Shown one piece after another: positions 14,510 to 26,399 of a stretch of DNA of 64,000 nt (the first letter of the stretch is position 1; every line of letters begins with the position of its first letter). Location: the NCBI GenBank assembly GCA_951406725.2, contig OX597840.1, forward strand, positions 3,348,001-3,412,000, in the 5' to 3' direction. Under the pieces are notes generated by a model that worked only from the letters and a program-made list of their open reading frames with translations, was not told the DNA's origin and did not search any database. Made by a program: the position numbers and the translations under genes. This DNA comes from Octopus vulgaris. Taxonomy: Eukaryota.

Positions 14510-14960
14510 ATAATAGTAAAGGGTAAAAATAATTAATTAATTAATTAATAATTAATAATTTTACCAAGTAGTTTGGCATGTTAAAAGAACCATTATCGGT
14601 AAAGTTAAACAAGAATTCTTATAACTATAAGTATAATTATAATTAGGGTTCAGCAAAAAATTTGCTTCACCACATGCAGAAATTTAGAAATAGCAGCCAA
14701 AACTAACTATTTCTCTACCATAAGAAAATCTCCCAGATAACAATACTCAACGATTCACGTAGGCAAGAGAAAATAATAACGAATTCACTCGGCTTAGATT
14801 AACTGTGGACGCGTTTCGGAGTTAGATAGATATGAAAAATGCAAAAACCACATTTCCATTCTATCCTTCTCGCTCTTCGGCAGTGTACCTCAAGATTTTA
14901 AATTTGAGGGCACTGTTCAATTTTTTACAGTGCCTTCAAATTTTTTACAGCAGTATCTTT
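13790..14960 (-). mobile_element. Probable Penelope-like element remnants split by a microsatellite
   Basis: Unique sequence between (TA)/(GATA) arrays with a hammerhead-like motif at 14802-14885. Weak resemblance to a GIY-YIG C-terminus near 14100-14300. Confidence 0.4.
14802..14885 (-). ncRNA. Type I hammerhead-ribozyme-like motif (degenerate)
   Basis: Minus strand reads actg CCGAAGA g..long hairpin..c GAAA CGCG TC cacagt. Helix III is the palindrome ACGCGT and the cleavage triplet is GUC. Core U4 is replaced by C. Confidence 0.55.
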
Positions 14961-15079
14961 CTAAGAAACGTTACAATTACCATTGCCATCAACATTAACA
15001 TCACCGCCACAACTTCGGTCTCATCAATTTTGGCATGAAGAACACCATCTTCTTTGCTCTCATTTACGTCGTTACAATT

Positions 15080-15115
15080 ATTATCATCATCACCACCACC
15101 ACTATGATCATCATT

Positions 15116-15157
<42 letters not shown>

Positions 15158-15404
15158 GTCAACATCATCCTCATCATTATTGTCTCCGCCATCGTCGTCA
15201 TCATCATGATCAGCAGAAACAGCAGCATCATCGCCATCGCCTTTGTCTTCATCATCGTCGTCATCCTCATCATCTCATCGTCATCATCATCGTCATCATC
15301 ATCATCATCACCATTGTCATCATCATCATCACCATCGTCATCATTATCATCACCACCGCCAAGATCATCATCCCCATCATCGTCATCATCATGATAATCA
15401 CCTG

Positions 15405-15437
<33 letters not shown>

Positions 15438-15540
15438 GAATATCATCCCCACCGCCATCAACAGCAATACCATCATCACCATCATCTTTACACTCATCAT
15501 TATCCTCCCCATCAATTTCGCCACCGTCTTCATCATTTCA
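15080..15540 (+). repeat. (CAT)n/(CAC)n degenerate trinucleotide tract
   Basis: Direct reading. It produces poly-His/Ile/Ser pseudo-ORFs. Confidence 0.93.
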
Positions 15541-15562
15541 CTGTAACGCCGTCTTCTGAAAT

Positions 15563-15595
15563 CTAGCACTGATTTTCAGGCTCCAGTTCTCCCCT
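15563..15595 (-). CDS. Candidate terminal coding exon (phase 0: RGELEPENQC*)
   Basis: Long AG-free U-rich tract ending tttattgtttgcaag, then AGGGGAGAACTGGAGCCTGAAAATCAGTGCTAG. The AAG acceptor is less common and the reading phase is unknown. Confidence 0.3.
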   Translation of the reverse strand, partial: RGELEPENQC

Positions 15596-15804
15596 CTTGC
15601 AAACAATAAAAAAAAATAATTAAAATAAAAACAATAAAAAAAATTAAGGGTAAACAGGAGCCCAAAAATAAATAATTAAACTTAAAAAGAGCCAAAATGA
15701 ATAACACAAACACACACACACAAAAAAACCCAAACAAACAATTATTGTAAACATCACCAGGTTAAAACCAGAACTAACCGGCATGAACTGTCGTTACTAA
15801 AGCG

Positions 15805-16075
15805 GACGAAACCAATCAAATAAAATTGTGATCGAACTGGATGAAATCAAACGAAAATCAGAGCGAATCGAACAAAAATACACAAGATCTGACGTCATAC
15901 AATCGTTATCTCCCTTGTTGAGTGGATTTCAAACCTAAATATAATACGTCGGCAGAGATTTGTGTTTATATTTTGACCCTTTAATCCACACAAGTTATTT
16001 TTATATTGAACAAGCCTTGTTGCAATTACCGCAAGCAAACATTGCACTCTGGCCGCCATTTTGTTTTCGGTTCTT
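15805..16075. promoter_or_regulatory. Candidate promoter/enhancer island: CCAAT box, full CRE and YY1 consensus
   Basis: ACCAATCA at 15811, TGACGTCA at 15890-15897 and GCCGCCATTTTG at 16052-16063, all in non-repetitive sequence. Confidence 0.35.
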
Positions 16076-16109
16076 TTCTCTTTTAGAGATTTTTACAATA
16101 GCCATTACC

Positions 16110-16171
<62 letters not shown>

Positions 16172-16501
16172 ACGGGAACTTTAACTGTGTTTTATGTACT
16201 GTTATTTTTTTTTTTTTTCTAGTTCAAACTTTTGTACTCAGCTATTCCCAAATTTCAGCTAAATCGCTCTCTCTCTCTCTCTCTCTCTCTCACACTCACT
16301 CACTCATTCTCTCTCTCTCTTCTCTCTCTTTCGCACTCTATCCTATTTCTCTTCGTTTTCTCTGTCTTTCAATCCGACTCATTTATCTACGAATATTTTT
16401 TCTTTTACCTATCTACCAGCCAATATGTTTTTACATATTCTTTCTTTATCTATTTCTCTCTCTCTCACGCTTTCTCTCTCTCTCTTTCTCTCTCTCTCTA
16501 C

Positions 16502-16537
<36 letters not shown>

Positions 16538-16723
16538 ACATATACATATATGTATATACATATATATAGATAGATAGATAGACAGGAATGCATATATTTT
16601 AATGGATATATATAAAAATATATACATGTATACATGTCAGCATGTATGTCTGTGTAAATACATAAATATTCTATACGAATATATGTGTATGTATGTGTGT
16701 GTGTATTTGTACATGTGAATCTT

Positions 16724-16785
<62 letters not shown>

Positions 16786-17381
16786 TATATATATATACAT
16801 ATACATATATAAGTAGTCATGTATGATGTGTATCTGAAAACCACTACGATGTATATATGCAGGTATGCATGCGCATAAAGATATGTGCATACATATTTGC
16901 ATGGAAGTTACAGTGACACAAGGGACGAGAGTTCGTGTCAATGCGTTTATCAAATGATATGATAAGTGCATTATCACGAAACTTTAAGCCCTTGAGTCAC
17001 TTTAACTGCTCGTCGGCTAATATAAATATATAAATGCTACGCTTCGTACATTGTTTTCTCTAACGTCTCTTTATAAAACGCAAATCAAATAATATACGCT
17101 TGCATATGTGGGTGTATGTGTGTGAGTGCATACATACATGCACATATATATATATGTATGTATATATGTATATATATATATATATATGATATAGATATAA
17201 ATATGTATATATATATGTGTGTATATAGATAGATAGATAGATATACATATAGATACTGATATATATATATGCATGTGTATATATATATATGTGTGCGTAT
17301 ATATATATATATATATATATACGCAAATACACCTATGTATATGCATATATTTTATAAGTTGATAAACTACGCATGCACGCA

Positions 17382-17437
<56 letters not shown>

Positions 17438-17641
17438 TATACATTTATATATATGACAGCAGCCAAGTCGGAAATGAATGAAATAATAAAAGAATATATG
17501 CATGAATACATATACGTATTTATGTATGTATGGGTGTGTGTGTATATATACATATATATATATGATATGTATATATATACATGAATATACAGCGTGTGTA
17601 TGCGTCTATGTGTTATATCTGCGTGCCTTTCGTGTTAGTGC

Positions 17642-17672
<31 letters not shown>

Positions 17673-18782
17673 CAGAAGAAATAGCATCTAACCATGATAA
17701 AATAATTTTGTAACAACTACAGCCATAACAAAACACCATCCCACCAGAGGGATATCGAACAAAGAATTGATATTTTTCGAATGAAATCAATGACAGTTTA
17801 ACCATATTGTGATTGGTATTTGCTTTGAAATGGTGCAGCGTATAAAAATATTTGCAACTGAGAAACAATAGAACATAGGTTGTGAACATATTCACATGTA
17901 TACATACATATATAGATAAATATATATATATGTATATATATATATATGTGTGTGTGTGTATCTACATATATATTTGTATATATACATATGTATGTATATA
18001 TATGTATATAGATATAAATATATATGTACATGTATATATACATATGTGTGTGTGTGTGTGTGTGTGTGTATAGGAGATAGCGAAGCAGATGAAAGCGATT
18101 AGGCTTGATATAAATAAATATACATTTATATGTAAACATGCTGAAACTGACAATATGCGGAAGATAAAACCATATGCACAAACATAGACATTTATATTTT
18201 CAAATAAATTTACATCGAGCATAAAAAAGGAGAGGAAGTAAGAAATACATAGCTTTTTTTAACGTAACCACTTTTTCTTTCTATGAGCTTAGAATTACGT
18301 AATCGAGTTAATACGGCTTCCTTCGTTAGGAGGGAAGATTGGTAAATAGTAATTTACTAGGTGGTGCTAGAAATTTAATGGTTGGATATATATATATATC
18401 TATACATACATGCATGCATATATATATATAATAGTGTAATAAATAAAATATATGCATACATACAAACATATATGTACCTACCTACATCTACATGTATATA
18501 TACATGCATATATAAATATATATACGTGTGTACAGGACACCACAAATAGACGTAGAACTCAACTAGACACGAAAACGTAAAAACAGCATGGTTCGGACCA
18601 TTTTTTTAACAACGAAAAAACAGAGTACAAGACAACTACACAAGGAAAATCCCCTTCATCATATATATATATACATACATATAAACATACATATAAACAT
18701 ACATACATACATACATACATACATACATACATACATACATACATACATACATACATACATACATACATACATACATACATAG

Positions 18783-19190
18783 GTAGAGCCGTGGCTATGT
18801 GGTATGTAGCTTGCTTCTGAACCGTATGGTTTTGAATTCAGTACTAGTACGTGACGGCGAGGACAAATGTTTCTACCATTATTTGAGGCTGACCAAAATT
18901 TGTGAGTCTGTTTCTTTGACAAAAACTCAAAGACGTCAGTCGTATGTGTGTATGTATGTGGGAGAGGGATGTATATGTGTATGTGTTTGCTTCATTATAT
19001 GTGTGTTCGTCACTCATGACTGCTTGACAACCGCTGATGGTTTATACATATCCATATAACTTGTCGGTTTGGTAAAAAGGACCGACAGAAAAAGTACCAG
19101 GCTTTAAAAATATGATGGGGATTGGTTCATTCAACAAAATACCTTCGAAGTTCTAGTCTCCAAGCATGTAAAATATAGAAGTAAACGATA
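18783..19190 (+). mobile_element. SINE family A, degenerate
   Basis: gtggctatgtggta..gcttgctt head, then gcttgacaaccgctgatgg and accgacagaaaaagtaccaggc, matching 53897-54280. Confidence 0.75.
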
Positions 19191-19254
19191 AAAGCTATGT
19201 ATATATCATATATTGAAATTAGACGCTATACTTATTTGCATGCATATCTGATTG

Positions 19255-19440
19255 AGGTTGGTGGCTTCGGAGTTAGGGTGTTGCTTTGAAGATCGTAAGA
19301 TTGTGGTTTCGATTCCTGGACCGAGTGGTGCGTCGTATGTTTGAGCATAACATTGTTTCTGTTCACTCATCTGGCCAAATGAAGTAATCGTGCGGCACAC
19401 TGGCGTCCCATCCTGTGATGGGGAGTACAGGAGCCACAAA
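19255..19440 (+). mobile_element. tRNA-derived SINE family D (V-SINE-like 3' part), degenerate
   Basis: B-box-like ggtttcgattcctggacc and actggcgtcccatcc. A related copy lies at 62325-62515. Confidence 0.5.
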
Positions 19441-19540
19441 ATAATCTTATAAGTTTATAGATCGAGTGGAATATTTGAACGTTACTCTAAGTATGGATGT
19501 ACATATGAATGTATGTATGGATAGTTAGATAGATAGATAA

Positions 19541-19619
<79 letters not shown>

Positions 19620-19684
19620 GGTACATGTAGTATAACCGTAACTCATTGAATTACACAAAGATATAGTGAGTTATGTTGAATCAG

Positions 19685-20235
19685 ATGGATTTAAATGAGC
19701 GGTGGTATAATCGATCAAGTTGAGCCGAGATAAGGTAGATTAAATTGAGTCAGTTAAATTCCATTAACTTGAAGCAATCTAATTTAGATGAGACGAGATG
19801 TACACTACCGGATTGAATGAAAGGCATTGTCTTTTAAAATAAGATAATGTATAATCGATAAAATTGTAACAAGGTATAAGTTGAACCGATCTACATTAGA
19901 TTAAATTGAGCCAAACGATAGTCTATTAAAATCAGCCAAGCCATAATCCGTTTCACCGAGCCAATGTTGAGTTGATTAAATTGAGCACAGACGTAATCCA
20001 TTAAAATTAGCCACAGTATAATCCAGTTATACAACGAAGTTATAGTTGTTTATACTGAACCAAGGGCAAGGAACTTTGGGTTAAATTGAGCCAAGGTATA
20101 ACGCATTAAAGTGAGCCGAGACATAGCCCATTAAATTGAGTCGTAGTATTAAATTGAACCAAGACAGTCAATATTGAATTAACCGTCCATCTAGTCTATT
20201 AAATTGACCCAGCTACTCATTTTGTCGAGTCAGGT
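19685..20235 (+). repeat. Degenerate 25-bp minisatellite, consensus ~ATTAAATTGAGCCAAGGTATAATCC
   Basis: The core recurs at 19689, 19714, 19739, 19763, 19900, 19925, 19975, 20000, 20080, 20105, 20130, 20148 and 20198. Confidence 0.85.
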
Positions 20236-21354
20236 AGAAAACTAAATAGCCTTAGATAGAATTTATAATTCTATTTATCAACGACTGAATGCACACTAAA
20301 TGATTTTGCCATTTCCAGATAATTCGAAGCTTAACCTAATGTAACATTTTCTTTCTTTTCTGTTTGTTCATTTTACTTAAAAATAAAAAAAGTAAACTGT
20401 AAACCTAATCCACTGTAGTCTTCTAACTACTGACTACTAACTATTCTTGTAGTTTTCAATAAGTTCACTACTGACTGCTATAATAACCAGAAACGAAAGT
20501 TAATTTCTAACGTTCTGCTTCCATTTCGTATAATCTGAAAACACATTTCCATTCTGTATATATAAAAAGGTCTTCCCGACATTATAACCTTATAATAGAA
20601 AATTTTCGAAGAACAGAACACAAAAAAAATAAACCACAATATAAAACATAAAACAATAAATGTAGATTTTTTTCCCTTTCTATCTAATCACCAAAAATGT
20701 CAGCTAAACTTAGAATAATTCCACCATTTTTCTTTCACTCAAACTTCTATCCATTCTAATAGAAACCAAGGAATTAGAATGAAGTCTTCTGATTTTTATG
20801 TTTGCAGATGAAAATGTCGACTCACTCCGACTCTCGAATTATTTCATTTTCCGTAATGTATGTCTGTATAAAATGCATAAGTGCAAAGATGTGTGTGGAG
20901 GAAAACTTTACGTTCGTGTGTGTCCGTATATAACAGTTGCGTTTTTGGAAAGAGCTTTTTTATTATATTTTGTAGTTTCTTTTGAGAAATTTTTGCTTTT
21001 GCATTATATCTTTTTTTCGTTTTTTTTTTATTTATTTACCTCTGTTTTTCATTTCTATACAGCATTTACTTTCTGACACGAATTTCTGTCAGTAACAATA
21101 ATCGAAGATTATTTTATTATTTTCGATATGTTACGATCCTGTCTAATGAACAAGATGTTCCAACAGAATTTACTAAAAAGATGTCAGCTATACGTCGATA
21201 ATTTCGCCATATTGCTTTTCATTCAAAACTTTCCATTCTGTCGTAAAAGACAAAAAATATCCAACGAAATCTGATTATATGTAATAAAGGAAATGTCATC
21301 ATTTTCCTCTCTATTTTTTAGTATTCTCTGATTATATACTCTTACTATTGCAGC

Positions 21355-21423
<69 letters not shown>

Positions 21424-21635
21424 CGTCGTCGTTGTTCTGTTTTTCATTATTCGCTGTGAACAGTCACGTTTTCACAAAATTATATAATGACAGGTATGCC
21501 TTATGAAATAAAATTGGTTTTCCTTTATTCATTTTTACCGCCACAGGACACCGGGAGGTTTCAAAGATTTTAGACAGGGAGTATATACTTTTAAGGACGA
21601 GCCATTAGTAATATATTTGTGGTGTGTACGGGTGC

Positions 21636-21692
<57 letters not shown>

Positions 21693-21827
21693 CATATATA
21701 TACACACGTTTAGATATAGATATGTATACATAGATATGTATTATATATATTATATATTTAAATATTCGCACACAAATACAAACATTCATGCGCGAAACCC
21801 TCGGTCTTGCTTCTGCTAAGTATTAAT

Positions 21828-21863
<36 letters not shown>

Positions 21864-22689
21864 CTTTATTAATACATACACACATACGTATATGTATATA
21901 TATATTTCTTTATTAATACGTACACACATACGTATATGTGTATATATATATATATACACATATACGTATTCTCATGCTTTGAGTTCTATTTATCCTGCTT
22001 TTATCTCCAAAGCTATGTATATATTCATGTATACATACACACACACAAAATTATATATATATAAACACATACATATTTGTGTGTGTCTCTGTGTGTGTAT
22101 GTATGCACATGTTGGAAGCTGGCTATAATAGACTGGTCATAAACAGTCGCACACCAGTCTCTCTTATTTGCAATAACTTAAACAAACCCAGCTCAAATTA
22201 TTGTCGAACGAAAAATGAAAATCGAACACAAGGATATAACTTACAGACATAAAAAATATTATACCATAAAGTCAGGATCATTCGTACGCTTGAAATAAAA
22301 TAGCACGAACGGCAAAAGCGACGCCAGCAACAACATTCCAACATTTGTTAATGTTGTTGATAAAAGAGATTCTCAACCTGATTCATCTCTCATAAAAGCC
22401 GTGGTAGTGGTTGAGGTGTGTTACAAAAGATAGTACATCATGCTCGATGCATTTAATCGAAAACTCTAAGGGAGATAATATCCTTGCATTTTCCCTCAAT
22501 GCAAAGGTTAAACGATATGATCTTGAAATATAAGCTGCAGGAGGCTGTAAATTTTTTTCTGGGAAGGTGTGTGTTTCGTTGGCCGGGGCAGGGTATATGG
22601 ACATATGTGCCTGTTTTTTTTTCTTTATTTCTTCAATGCGGAAGAAGGAGAGAAAAAGAGATGTAAAGCTACTAGCCTGTGCACTGGTT

Positions 22690-23330
22690 ACTATAATGTT
22701 CCAGATGTCTTAACAATAATCTGATAATGGCTGTGAATATTGGCCCGCACCTGGCGCAAAGTTGCGGACAAGTGACGATCCCAGTGATTGCCACCTGCAA
22801 CTACATGTAGCTAGGAGGGATCTGTATGGATATGTAGGTCTTAAGAAAACTTCAATATCAATCCGTTAAGTGAACCGAAAATGGATTGGTTAGCCTGGTA
22901 GTGCACGCCAAAACCTCTAGTTGTACACACGCGGTGGCAGATGCTACAGTAGGGCCACCTACCCAGGAAAAGCAAATGAAAAAGGACGGCAGACAACAGT
23001 GAGGTTACAAATGCAGCAGGATCTAGGAGGGAAAAGCATGGCTACTGCTACAGCTGTTTCGGACCATTTCTGTTCACATCGCCGAGGACGCTTGGAATGG
23101 AGGTAAAATTGCCTCGTTCCCAGCATTATGTGTACCTTGCTTCTCATCCTTCTTTTCTGCATCTTTCGTCAACAGACGGGCCTCTAGGACATATAAGGAT
23201 CACTAGCATTGCATTGTCTTGCGGTGATCATGAGGGTGTGGGACCTTCAGGGTTCGATATCTCCGCATCATATAGTGTGCAAGTGTGCTTTTCCTTATCC
23301 TCAGATTGGTCCCTGATTTTTCAATGAAAA
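22690..23330. mobile_element. Probable old non-LTR retrotransposon fragments (RTE-like)
   Basis: GC-richer unique block with broken reading frames and only weak resemblance to RTE ends. Confidence 0.3.
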
Positions 23331-23489
23331 TGGATTGGCAGAAGCTGTGTGGAACGGAGTCGGGTGGATTATTTATGCCAATCAAAGCTTTTGCTTTGTC
23401 ACAATGTGTCAGTCACATTTATAGTGAGAATTACGTTAAGGATAGGCGTTTCCGTCGAATGCCCAACCAATTACATACTAATGAAAAAT

Positions 23490-23701
23490 CGATTTCAAAT
23501 TTTGGCACAAGGCCAGCAATATTTTGAAGGAGAAGTAAGTCGGTTACATCGACCACCGTATTCAACTGTTACGTATTTTTCGACCTCGGAGGGATCAAAC
23601 GCGTAGTCGACCTCGGCAGAATTTGAACTCAGAACATGACGACAGACGAAATGCTCCTAGCATCTTGCCCTGCATGCTAACGATTCCGCCAGCCATCCGC
23701 C
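23490..23701 (-). mobile_element. SINE family B (MetaSINE-like)
   Basis: gtcgacctcggcagaatttgaactcagaac...gacgaaatgc...gctaacgattccgccagc matches 30393-30622. Confidence 0.8.
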
Positions 23702-24265
23702 ATACATACTATTTAGATATTATCAGGTGATTCACCTGATCTAACAACTTAATACACGTCGAAAACGATGGAGTTCTTTGTCCTTACTAAATCGCTGATT
23801 ATGGCAATCAAATTTTGTACGTCCCTTAGTTGTGTGAATGGAATTATTTTCACAGATTTCACTTGAGAATACTATATCCCTATTGGCGAAACTGGTTCTC
23901 GCTTATCCAATTATATTCGAATTCTTCAGTTCTTGTAATCTTTTCATAACCATTTCTCTTTCCTCTTCTTCTCGAGTGATTGTCGACCATTTCTCCTTGC
24001 AGTAGCAGTAACAACAGCGCATATTAATTTTGGTTTTTATAAAATATTTATGAGTTCTAAAGCACATTTTCCTTGTCTTTTTTGTTTTGTGAAAATGGCT
24101 GCTTGGTTGGTAGCGTACACTGTATGTTGAGAATTTCAGACTCTTAGTTCCTCTTTCGTTCTTTAAAGCATTTTCAGAAAATATTTTCAGTATTCAGGGT
24201 TTGGTGTATTAACTGGCTCTAAACTGGCGAACTGAATATATTAACTAAGCATTACGTTGACGATA

Positions 24266-24660
24266 GGCACTGCCGTGGCTGTATGGTAAGAGGCTTGCTT
24301 CCCAACTACATGGTTGTAGGTTCAGTCCCTCTGTGTGGCGCTTTTGGCAAGTGTCTTCTACAATAATTCCGGGCCGACAAAGGCCTTGTGAGTGACTTGT
24401 GGTTTTGGTAGACGGAAACCGAAAGAAACCCACTGCATAAGTGTGTGAGTGTATATTTGTGTCTGTGCTTATCCCCCTGCCACCGATTGACAGCTAGTGA
24501 GGTGTGTTTAGGTCCCCGAAACTTAGCGGTGCGGCAAAAGGTAGCAAAAAAATAAATACCAGTATTAGTACGGGGTTTATTCATTCGCCTAATATTTCTT
24601 CAATGCGGTGCCCCAGCATGACCGCAATCTAATGACTGAAACAAGTAAAAAGATAAAATA
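24266..24660 (+). mobile_element. SINE family A
   Basis: Collinear with 53897-54280 from the gtggctgtatggtaag head to the gactgaaacaagtaaaaag tail. Confidence 0.88.
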
Positions 24661-25040
24661 TATAAAACTACAACTAAAAGCGGGGATGTTATAGCTACCA
24701 TCTGACGATCGGCCAGAGGCACCTTGTCAATCAATCAGTCACGTACATATTAGAATAGAAGACTAAACAGGAAAAACTACTGGTATCAGGTTAGCTCATG
24801 ACATTTATCTTTATATTTATAATGGTTAAGTCGTTGCATGATTGTAGAACATAAGGTTGAAGGAAGCAAAGACATATGCAGAAAGGCTTTTACAGCTGTT
24901 TCAGAAATAGGTGTGAAGATAGTACATATTGTGCAAAAAAAGCGGTAGTAATACATATCGCTGCGCTCTTTTCCCACATCTGATACCAGTGATTATACTT
25001 GTTTTTGCTTTTATGCATATATACCTATATATACCAAATG

Positions 25041-25386
25041 TAAAATAAAAAAAAATGGAGAGATATAATGGATATAAATTGATTTATTAATTAACATTGC
25101 CTACCATTGTCTCAATTTACACTCAATAGCAATTAAAAAAACATATAATAAATTAAGTTTAAATTTTGAAGATCTTACGTGAAATACTTTCAGTTCAGAT
25201 ACTCCAACAGACTCAGTATGTAAACTCCGTAATGTTCTTTGCCCTGAAGATATTTCACACAAGATCTTCAAAATGCAAACTTATTTTACTATATGTTTTG
25301 TAATTTGAGTTGAAACAATTCTAGGCAATGTTAATTAATTAATGATTCAATTTATAGCCATTAAATCTTTCCATTTCTTATTTTAT
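25041..25386. repeat. Long imperfect inverted repeat (foldback / MITE-like); arms ~145-150 bp, spacer ~50 bp
   Basis: Paired segments: attaattaacattgccta / taggcaatgttaattaat; gaagatcttacgtgaaata / tatttcacacaagatcttc; atggatataaattga / tcaatttatagccat. Confidence 0.9.
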
Positions 25387-25504
25387 AATACTTAATATTT
25401 TTGTTAATATATTTATTGAAGAAATATCTCTTGAAAATATATATTAAACCAGACTAACGTGTATAAAACTATCCCTATAAGACGATTATATACATCTTTA
25501 TACT

Positions 25505-25538
<34 letters not shown>

Positions 25539-25578
25539 GTGTGTGTGTGTGTGCGTGGTGTTCATGTATGTATGTATG

Positions 25579-25617
<39 letters not shown>

Positions 25618-25794
25618 GATGAGCTTCTTTCAGTTTTCATCAACCAAATGCACTGAGAAGGCTTTGATCGCCCCGGGGATTTTGTAATATAGTAGAAGAC
25701 AGTTGTGTAAGGTACCATGCGATAGAATTGGGACCGAAACCATGTGCTTGGGAAGCGAACCTTGTACTACATAGCAACAATTGGTTAAGATGAT

Positions 25795-25867
25795 CGAGGC
25801 AATTGCTTTTAGCACACCCTGTACATGTTTTTAAAAACTAATTAGAATATATATATATGTGTGTATG

Positions 25868-25927
<60 letters not shown>

Positions 25928-26290
25928 TGTATGTATATATATATGTTTATATACATATTCATATATATATATTTATACATATATATATCACACATTTCTT
26001 TGTGCTTCTTTTTCCTCGACGCTGCTGGTTTGTTTACATCTATGTGACTAAGTACCAGAGTAAAAGGCCTCAAAAAGAAATAAACAAGTTCTAGTTTCAA
26101 ATCTTTCGACTAAATTCCCTCAGAGCCGTGCCCCGGTTTGGCCGCAGTAAGTCACTAACACAAGCAGAATTAAAAGCATAATCGATTACAGAAAACCATC
26201 ATTTTTTGGCAAAAAGGCTTGACACATTTTGCCCCCTTTATTTCCGATTGGTTAATATTTATGAAACAGTTACCTTTGGCACACCCTGTA
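25795..26290. mobile_element. Two Tc1/mariner-type terminal-repeat remnants (gcacaccctgta) flanking SINE debris
   Basis: gcacaccctgtaca occurs at ~25812 and ~26279. It is the reverse complement of TA+CAGGGTG, like the end at 11583. Confidence 0.45.
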
Positions 26291-26399
26291 CATCATTCCA
26301 AGGCAGAGCGAGATATTTCAATACAACAGTAAGTTTTACATTTTCTTCAGACGCTAAGAGTGCCACAGTATTGATTACCTGTCACAGAACGTATTAGCC

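Noticed and set aside
16014-16054. miR-92/25-like seed attgcac in a hairpin (also at 128-168)
   Set aside because: The stems are only 6-10 bp, too short for a pre-miRNA, and the mature 3' part does not match.
19685-20235. CRISPR array
   Set aside because: The 25-bp unit is far shorter than a repeat plus spacer, the cores are degenerate, the spacers are related to each other, there are no cas genes, and the context is eukaryotic.
20450-20860. Additional exon candidates (minus strand IIRNGSRTLEINFRFWLL*; plus-strand acceptor at ~20807)
   Set aside because: Several competing AGs occur on both strands in very AT-rich sequence, so they cannot be distinguished from chance.
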